A DNA stretch of 33,607 nucleotides from Nemertoderma westbladi. Taxonomy: Eukaryota; Animalia; Xenacoelomorpha. The notes under the pieces are model-generated. The model saw nothing but the letters and a program-made list of their open reading frames with translations, was not told the DNA's origin and made no database searches. The DNA lies in contig JAUCBJ010007471.1 in assembly GCA_032718475.1 (NCBI GenBank), forward strand, positions 1 through 33,607. The letters run 5' to 3'. This document shows, piece after piece, positions 24,001 to 30,299 of this stretch. Every line of letters starts with the position of its first letter. Within the stretch, counting starts at the first letter, position 1. A program made the position numbers and the translations under genes.

Positions 24001-24519
24001 ATCCAACGGAAGTCCGAGTCCGGGAAAGTTCCATTGTGATTCAACAATAGATATCAATTCTTCCCTGGCGTATCCTGCGTAATTGTCTTGGGTCGCTCGC
24101 TTATTCTTCGCCCAGTCGGCTTGATGTTCCTCCACCGCAATGAATATAGTAGTTAGCACTGCAGCAGGAAGAGTAAGAAGGGGGTCCGAGTAGACTGTAT
24201 CAGCCATCTGCACTCCATGTTCGGGAGTCAACTCTACAGTATCCGAACTGCTGGAGCTATCGGGTCGCTGGGAAGTAGGTTCTTGACCAAGATGTTGCTG
24301 CGATAAGACAGCTGCCTCTTGGTCCCGTTTTACCTGTGCCCGAGTGCCTATGATGGACCTATGGTGGACTAGCCTAGGGTCTGATACTACTGGAGGGATG
24401 ACCTTTTTTACAGTAGGAGGTGAGCCGAACTCCTTTCTTATTTGCTCCACACTCCTATCTGAATCACAGATAGTTGTATCGATCAGACTGTCTGACAGGT
24501 TTTGCTGAGTGTCAGACAT
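18076..24519 (-). CDS. BEL/Pao gag-protease-RT-RNase H polyprotein (2147 aa up to frameshift)
   Basis: FNGDEMKWLPF gag core (DUF1759-like); knuckles CALC..H..C, CYNC..H..C, CEKC..HH.LLH; protease ALLNSGS; RT RVVFDGS, SDIEGMFLQV, YMDD (19365-19354); RNase H HVFGDAS, PRAEL, WTDA, NPADIASRG. Confidence 0.97.
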   Translation of the reverse strand: MSDTQQNLSDSLIDTTICDSDRSVEQIRKEFGSPPTVKKVIPPVVSDPRLVHHRSIIGTRAQVKRDQEAAVLSQQHLGQEPTSQRPDSSSSSDTVELTPEHGVQMADTVYSDPLLTLPAAVLTTIFIAVEEHQADWAKNKRATQDNYAGYAREELISIVESQWNFPGLGLPLDMSEATWEDIHRMGVAKDTMDPAVWKRSAAGYVQGFFGSLERLEEQLFRQPHGPQEQEELLYQIRERTLRIRLILSAFEETSKRRQDTSLQVAVKTWLHRVDLKVQETAPWKSQLAERSTYEEPNDVTLAQAKSEEAAEKPRTRDAIDIYLSDYQRFLGDEELRRRLSGLSPNSEGTKLVLDSIDAEMLAANQAECDEKLRLTRVQEEQIKKRRIEEQKTAAMAEAIADAAAERKTAAAEVEAERKAAKAMAAAERRASEQTTQLELENLQETQDSITKQFTANQMQMMRKSTPKRQGYTSSEEGDTTDPEGGGDRSHLSRRRKTYYRRKLPDLPPAVKRQLTSTDLGSAEPIEQFIQVKRLPTIVDEPEIIRPVIPKVTSVLETPTLPELNSKFPLHSTTLPVPGGTVHANTPVQIAEREINNLSPVVPRQPATMLATPASAVEWVEEGRRGMNLLLGQMQETVHQLKGTVREGRAELQEVQQSIALERDKLVNIQKGIPMPPVTLCQPVRSEVLHAQGVEPTRIYTASEVETPIANPIKGDYRPVINDIPYRPDNDPRNLYTDNSILNNTMAQESFTRQMARTEARQAVKVGEIVKFNGDEMKWLPFNEYYKDSIQNSVLSNGEKLRFLIKCLEGPPKLMALKFIGHPEGLRQVWDTLNIRYGNKDNIAKYLYTKLVAPRHFLSSGIIEFSDEIQEICRQLDWLGKSHEYQSSMVIGAVVSTLPKGGVCTRWDKKVLYMNEQQRRSPTMADLMSFLDGEVKLQLIKQSREKTSENKVSEKPTSRRRVTPVCYTDDGESQASQEEDSGKDTDRSYYVDKTSKDVSKYKARTNNRREQVTKTPPQSPNRMRGRKPEERTRVHQTTQGKVSNIKPNCALCDGTHRLSACAEFLKKSLVDRRTVVWDKRLCYNCLRPGHQRRTCYSDIKCEKCGAKHHILLHSEFERDKPSQVSESELHVQFSDVNDTDQESEMEGFYTDEFSDVNESCYLINTTVYRALTYEKDINEEFPPTTFAKQSSWKAPTSNVGIREFPVVQVRVHGINKSYIVNALLNSGSTGTFIDQELAEDIFAGQPKFRTKLNMSGIMQVWKSTLTADYYVGVLSTPQDKLGTQGVRSVKMVAIKNFATTQADLYNWDEDESVQHLKIPRFQTDYPGVQILIGQNAHEALETLEKRPAQPQPLQTYAVRTRVGWYFTGPSRRTLEERMPHEQIDQVSDWEEENSEVDELTEGTPYSSDNDDIYQLFEEENTIDLLTENQTWKNQMNLCQLIRLTESIIYNDELNDEVERYNARTRDELAVRFFTQELVEPNSYDKALSIEEERAKQIQETTTRFLKDQGRYEIGLPFRKREPRFINNRPLAEKRINQLHRRLTANASAKEMYQTQLKKFITKGYAERVPEGTPITERTYYLTHHYVPKPGKPHEVRVVFDGSALYMGQSLNSELLPGPNLLQSLLGILLRLRQYSIAFASDIEGMFLQVKALDRDRDSLRFLWWPEGDLNQTPVEYWMTIQAFGIISSPSNACSVVRTTADDNRDAFSKEVIDNIKRDIYMDDNLKSLPSVKEAIDVAKGTVECLKRGGFRLTKFTSNSREFLEAISVEDRGAKDLDLIHDDLPETKTLGLKWDTERDILFFQLKQRDNPVRSKRICLSILSTYFDPLGFISPVILIARSLVQQMWLENHSWDDPLKGELLKKWMKWEDSLPAIENFIISRSYFGHVLPTYSYQLHVFGDASDMGIGIVAYLRVETPDGIKVALVTSKALINNKLKVPRAELKAALYATAIGRNVTEQIDYPLEKTVYWTDALLVLEYITNEVCQFSVFVTNRVAIILSRTTIDQWRHCPGTINPADIASRGATPQELIDTPDWLGGPDFLSKEEDEWPPHLTTAEIRQAKGAEKVKPKIRTSKSKLFKPTIDLSVLHTAENDTSDPQSLATNKSVVEIRNRNWKSEIPDVSQGISPLLQRALHHYSSWNRLTKLSHT

Positions 24520-24607
24520 GTTTAGTTATACAGTTGAATATCTACTACTATAGTTTCAGTTAAAGCAAGTCTAGTAATTCAGTATGATCGCAAGCCTAGC
24601 GATTTAT

Positions 24608-24897
24608 TACCGGTACCGTTAATCGGTGTAACGTGATATATACACAATATATTAGAATACCGGTATGCTTATAATATATAAATATTATTACAGACTAGAT
24701 TTGTCACAGAGTACCGGTATATAATTTTAGCACAAATATATATATATATATAGTAGGCCTATAATGAATACCGGTATACAGCTTACACTTACAGCATGTA
24801 AGTATAGTTATGAACTAAAATTAATGACAGAGTACCGGTATGATTTCAGCTCAAATTTATAGAGATAAATATAATAAGCCTATGGTAAATACCGGTA
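24608..24897. repeat. Phased array of six TACCGGTA palindromes within a degenerate ~115-120 bp dimeric repeat in the 5' UTR
   Basis: TACCGGTA at 24608, 24658, 24712, 24769, 24833, 24890. Confidence 0.85.
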
Positions 24898-25869
24898 TGT
24901 CAATTATCAATTATTTTAGAATAATTGAATTTCTGAATATTTTAGGGTTACTTAGTTACTTTAACTTACTTTATTACCGTTATTTAAGCAGTAGTCCAAC
25001 TGATATTGAGACCTAGTTGTTGTCTGGCAGGCCTACTATTTATAAATCGTTTGAGTTGATTTATAATATTTATATACCCGTTTAAAATGGGTTTTGTCAA
25101 TATTTGAAATAAATGTTATTATTTCTGGGGGTCACTACACGGAAGCTGTGCACTCTCAGTGAAGTGCTATTTATTTGACACTAAAACTGATAATTCTAAT
25201 TTACCTAAGTTACTTAATACTACAAATTACTTACGATATTGGTGAGATTAATTCTCTAATTAAAACACAACAAAAATATGACGTACGAAATTTTTAGGGT
25301 AATTTTACAGGAAGTCTACAACCAGCCTAACAAAGGGTTAGATTTCTGGTTATTACAACAGACAGGGTACTACGGTATTTGAAAATAATAAGTAGTAGTA
25401 AATATATTGCACTGTCCAGATAGGAAAATACCACCGCCTGACGACCTATAACCGTATCGCTATAGGTACTACGTTATGTATCACGGATTGTTCCTACCCA
25501 GAAGCCAATAGAGCTAACGAATGTGCCTATCAACCACTTTACAACACAAATATACTGCCTACACTAATTACTTCGGAAAGCACTGTACACTAAACCCTAA
25601 ATTAGGTACAAGTACCGGTATAACAAATAATCAGTAGTTAAATATACTTGAACAGTTAAAAGAACCACGGCATCTGCTGGAGTGACCGAAGCACAAAGTC
25701 GTCAGTCTTTACCTACGCCAAGCAGCCCTGATGTAGTACCGGGGTTAGTTTAACTATAACGGTATGTATAACAAGCACAATTACTGTAGGAATAAACTTG
25801 GGGACATGAATGTTGCGAATAATCGCATAAACTCTGAATAATAAATATTACGCTACCCGTACAGAATAC

Positions 25870-26415
25870 TCAAACAAAATACAAACTAAACGCTGGCAGA
25901 CTACTATCAAGCCTAAACAAACTACAGTATGTGCAGATTCTGAAACTGTTAGTTAGTATGCGTTCTAACACGGTAGTACGACTTACTCTTTAAGAGGGGA
26001 TTGACCTTACCGCTTATGGCTGCCCCAACTTACTAACGGCACTTGATCAGACCAACTCTACACACGCAGCAATCCCTTCAGACCTAAAAATAGCTAGACA
26101 ACAATCCAGCCTACAAATATTTGAGTAATAACTATTACGGTACCTGAACAGACCACACAAACAAACACAGGCTAAAACACTGGCAGACTACGATCAAGCC
26201 TAAATAAACTACAGTATATGCAGACTCTGAAACTGTTAGTTAGTATGCGTTCTAACACGGTAGTACGACTTATTCTTTAAGAGGGGATTGACCTTACCGC
26301 ATATGGCTGCCCCAACTTACTAACGGCACTTTATCAGACAAACTCTACACACGCCGTAATCTCTCCAAACTCAACAACAGTCAGACAGCAGCTCAGCCTA
26401 CAATTATTTGAACAA
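25870..26415. repeat. Tandem duplication, 287 bp period, in the retrotransposon 5' UTR
   Basis: CTGGCAGACTAC at 25893 and 26180, with a near-identical ~175 bp core following each. Confidence 0.93.
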
Positions 26416-26758
26416 TCTGAGCAGACTTACACGTCTTCAGCTCAATATTAACTTACTAGGAAATAAAACCGACAGAAATAAGTAAGCTCCAAAAGAAACA
26501 AGGGGTGTACAGTCCCTAATCTCTTAAACAGCCTACCGGTATACAATGATCAAAATCGAATAATACTAAATGTACTTGTACAGCAGTACCGGTACCGGTG
26601 ATGACAGTTAGGCCTACTGACCTACAAAAGCACCGGTTCAGTTTTACCAGTCACTACGGTATTTTGCAACCTTATTGCCTACTGCAATAAGATTATAAAC
26701 TGTTACTGTTCGCCAGAACAGTATTAAACTGTATTTAATACCTACACTGCAATACAAG

Positions 26759-26769
26759 TAAACTGTTAC
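26759..26769 (-). other. Candidate non-tRNA primer-binding site GTAACAGTTTA
   Basis: Abuts the CA end of the 5' LTR, lacks TGG, and is the exact reverse complement of LTR positions 27523-27533. Confidence 0.5.
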
Positions 26770-28017
26770 TGTTCGCGCTTTTGAAGACCTTTAGCAGTTT
26801 AACCTGCCAAAATTTATATGTCTTTCAGTTAATTAAAACCACTTTAGCATACGACAATATTTTATGCTAATACGCAAAACACTAGCCGAAGTCAGCCCAT
26901 GCGCGATCATTCACCCGATGGATCTACACCCGGGAGACTGAATTCGGATGCTTAAATTTTATTATTGCAGTGTAAGGTTGCAGTGTATACCTACTGTATT
27001 ATTCGATAGATCGTTAATAATTAATCTCTGACAGATATTATTGGCTTTCGGGAAATATTAACAGTTCCTTTAGGACGTGGCGCTTTATCTATTTAAACAG
27101 AACTAAGACTTATACTAAAACGCAACGATACTGCTTATGATTGAAGCATAAAGCGTATTCTTTAGGAAATACTTTGTTACCAATCACAATCATACACACT
27201 ATTCTGCCGACCGTCAGTATATTTGATCACACATAAAGAGAGCAGTAATTGACTCACGTAGGGTCTGCTAAATAACATTGGATTCAATACACACCACATT
27301 AATATAAATCGCAATTGTTATGTATAGCCGGTCTCTCTAACCTGTAGTGTATCAAGAAAATTGGGAATTTGGGTGATTTATCCGTATTATCCAAAGAGCA
27401 ATATTTCCATCAACAAATAGGTACAATTAATAACTGACGGTAAATAACAGTACAAACAATATGATTAATGCAATTAAATTAAGTGAGCATGTTAATTAGT
27501 GAGATTAGTTAGGTTTGTTAAGGTAACAGTTTATACTTTCGATAATTTAAGCAGTTTTACTAGAGTTCTTCCCAAAAGGCCGGTGTTTCTGGCTTAGACA
27601 GCAATAACAACAAAGTATCAAGTAAAAGCAGTAAGACTGAACACTCTCCTTATGATCGGCTGAAAAGCTACACGTCGACAGGAAAAATCGCTCTGATTGG
27701 CTCAAGCCAAACAAAGAACCATGCGTCCAATGGCTGTTTCCATGTCAGCAACCAGCTGTTAGATGTCGTAATATGAATCATCACGGCTAAGCTGTGAAAG
27801 GTAGTTGGTGCATTACAGGTTTTTTGCCTTACCATGTCCGCCAAAACACGTATATAGCAGAATTACTTTTATGTCCGTTAAAACACCTGTAACGGTACCT
27901 TGCGGGCGAGGGGAATATATATACAGTTAGAGAACCTTTTTAGAGTATTCTAGCGCCTGGGGGGAAACTGGATTGCGAAGCAAAAGGGGCCAGTTATATC
28001 CCACAGAAGCTTTTACA
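26770..28017 (-). repeat. 5' LTR (1248 bp)
   Basis: Aligns with 12109-13338; TG...CA termini; CCAAT box (AGCCAATCAG on minus, ~27694-27703). Confidence 0.95.
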
Positions 28018-28765
28018 TTTACTTTAAGAAATGTGTTTTTTATTGACTACAGTATGCACACCTTTACTTCTAGCTCCCCATTCCTGCATGGCTGGCGTGC
28101 TTGCAATTGCCTAGTCAACCACTTGACCACTAGGGCACACAACCCTAGTCAAACCCACTTTACCGCTACTAGAGCAAAGGGTAATTACATCTACAGTATA
28201 TGAGCCATACTACTAAGCCAGCTTGCTTATTGTTTATCTCCCAAAATGATTGGCTGCATATTTAATCGTGATTCTTTATAGAATAGAATTCATAGAATAA
28301 TTAACTAAATAATTTCTTAGGGGTGTTGACGTGGTAAAGTAATAGTCAGTATCAATACTATTGGTATTAGGTAAGTTTTAATATTTCTTACAATTTGGGT
28401 GCCTCCAAATTGTATTTCATAACTGAGCCTCGTGCTGCGCGAAGGACCCACGAACGTGTAGTTTATATACATATTACTCAATTACTGTATTCCAGTATTA
28501 TGATCTGGTTCGCTATTAATTCGGATTAAGCGTTTATTTAGAGTGAGCAACTGCTGACTGGACTGGACTCAGATGGATAGAGGCTTACAGTATGTATCCA
28601 TTCATTCCACATATATAGACTACAAACAGTAGTGTCAATACAGTATAAAAGCTTTTTTCGAGATAGACCACAAACCTCATTGTTTGTATAAAAGCAATAT
28701 GAAAATGTTTGAGAGTAACTGTTGATTAATGAAAAACTACTGAAGTATGTGGGGACGAGATATAT

Positions 28766-28960
28766 TTATATTTCTTGCGTTCCGATAATTTCTATCTTTA
28801 TTTTCGCTATTGTTGGGAATTCCGTAACCTTTCCTTTCTCCATGCACTCCCCTAGGTGGTTTCTCATCCTATCTATCCTGCGCACCGATATTGTTTCTTC
28901 CATCGCTAACGCCCACGCCGCGTTCGCTATCGCATGAACTCCGCAATCAAATGTTTCACC
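28766..28960 (-). CDS. Last exon of a Ulp1/C48-like cysteine protease
   Basis: Acceptor ttatag| then GETFDCGVHAIANA...MRNHLGECMEKGKVTEFP...QEI*, 65 codons, joins the upstream exon in phase 0. Confidence 0.75.
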   Translation of the reverse strand, partial: GETFDCGVHAIANAAWALAMEETISVRRIDRMRNHLGECMEKGKVTEFPTIAKIKIEIIGTQEI

Positions 28961-29296
28961 CTATAAATATGATAGAAAGTAATCTATTGAAAAATAACAA
29001 CAAAGAGAGAACTTTGAACATCATTGTAATGATATTTACCGTATAACTGTAATTAAAGGAAAATATTAACTAGACTTTTCGAATTATCGGGTTCCGGTAG
29101 GCCTACATACTTTACAGTGAAAACGGCCCTTCAGTTTTTTGGAATCCACTTCTCTACAGTACAAATGCATCAAACATATCAATCGATTACTAAACAACAA
29201 TTGACCTACTGTAGTATGTTTATATAATATGGTGGTACACCACATCCCCCCCGCCCCTCCCCCATTCTCAAGTTTCAGAGTTTACATCTTCTGTAC

Positions 29297-29527
29297 CTGG
29301 TTTTGAACATTTACGTAATGTAGTGTGAGTTTCCCGTCTTTTACCAGCCCTTTGTATGTTTGTTTTAGTAACGTCGTCAGGGGTAGCGAGATGCTACGAT
29401 TGTTAGAGGAATCGAGTATTTCAACTCGACCGCTGACGTTTCTCGCTACGATCCAATGACCAACCGATCGTCTGGTTTCTACAGGATCGTAAAATATCTG
29501 CACATGTGGTGTTTGATCGCCTGATCC
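29297..29527 (-). CDS. Internal exon of a Ulp1/C48-like cysteine protease
   Basis: VQIF...GHWIV...VEILDS...VNVQNQ followed by donor CAG|GTACAG; supplies the catalytic His, Asp and oxyanion Gln. The 5' acceptor (tttcaaag) is tentative. Confidence 0.72.
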
Positions 29528-29592
29528 CTTTGAAATAATAAAATATTTAATGAAAAACATTAACACAGTTAAATCAAACCAAGCACAGAAGC

Positions 29593-29850
29593 AGCAGCTT
29601 GGTCTAGTGGTGACTTTCTGGGCTTTAATTTAGGAAGCCCTGGTTCGATCCCTAGATGGGGCAGCATTGTTTATGCATAGTGCTTTAAATGTTGCAGCCT
29701 AGCCCAGCCCTGGCTTTCATCTTTCAGTGGTCGATAAATGGGAACCAAGGCAACTTGGGAAACAGAGTAGTAGGATTTACTGTGGAAGATCACCAAATTC
29801 CTTATTGGCTTAACGAGCCTAAAAGATTCTCCCGTTCAATATAATATAAT
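29593..29850 (+). mobile_element. tRNA-derived SINE
   Basis: Box A TGGTCTAGTGG (29600), box B GGTTCGATCC (29642), and a CTTTCATCTTTCAGTGGTCGATAAATGGGAACC core resembling conserved central SINE domains. The 3' end is approximate. Confidence 0.75.
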
Positions 29851-30299
29851 CAAAGACAAACAGTTGTAAAACATTTGTAAAACCAGTTGTAAAACAGCCG
29901 AATATTATACAGTAAGTATAATAAGTTCAATGTTTTATACCGGTACCTGTAGTATCAAGTTAACACTCAGATAGTCCGTGCTGTACTTTTATAGCTCTGC
30001 AAACCTGCACCAGTAGGCAGTAGGCCTACTTTTTCTCACTTCCCACCTGATACTGTTGTAGGCCTACTGTGATAGTCCAGCCTACTGTGCGCAGTACAAG
30101 TCCATCATCTGTTAGGAACTAAGCTACTGTATACAGTGCAGTATCACATTCTCTTGCAACAACACCAGTTTTTTCAAAAACTAAAAATAAAGAAACATAT
30201 TTCAAAATCAGTCTTATCCAATTCTGCGAACAGTTACCTTCATCTATGTATCGCCATGGTGGGCTTGTTATTCGCACCAATCTCGTAACACCCAGCGGT

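Larger units (their letters stand above)
12109..28017 (-). mobile_element. BEL/Pao LTR retrotransposon, near full length, defective
   Basis: Direct repeats 12109-13338 and 26770-28017 with TG...CA ends; gag with triple zinc knuckle, PR, RT (YMDD), Pao-type RNase H, integrase; PPT adjacent to the 3' LTR. Confidence 0.97.

Noticed and set aside
16608-24039. Plus-strand ORFs of 66-214 aa opposite gag-pol (e.g. 19127-19771)
   Set aside because: Antisense shadows of the long coding frame; no motifs.
24608-24897. CRISPR-like array of palindromes with spacers
   Set aside because: The repeat is only 8-11 bp, the spacers resemble each other, the context is eukaryotic and there are no cas genes.
14900-26700. 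Hammerhead ribozyme in the retrotransposon UTRs
   Set aside because: No CTGANGA...GAAA core with supporting stems in the structured regions inspected; not an exhaustive scan.
26700-26715. TGGCGAACAG on the minus strand as a displaced tRNA PBS
   Set aside because: It lies ~55 nt from the LTR end and matches no tRNA 3' end I recognise; better explained as the duplicated LTR-end unit. Not formally excluded without a tRNA search.
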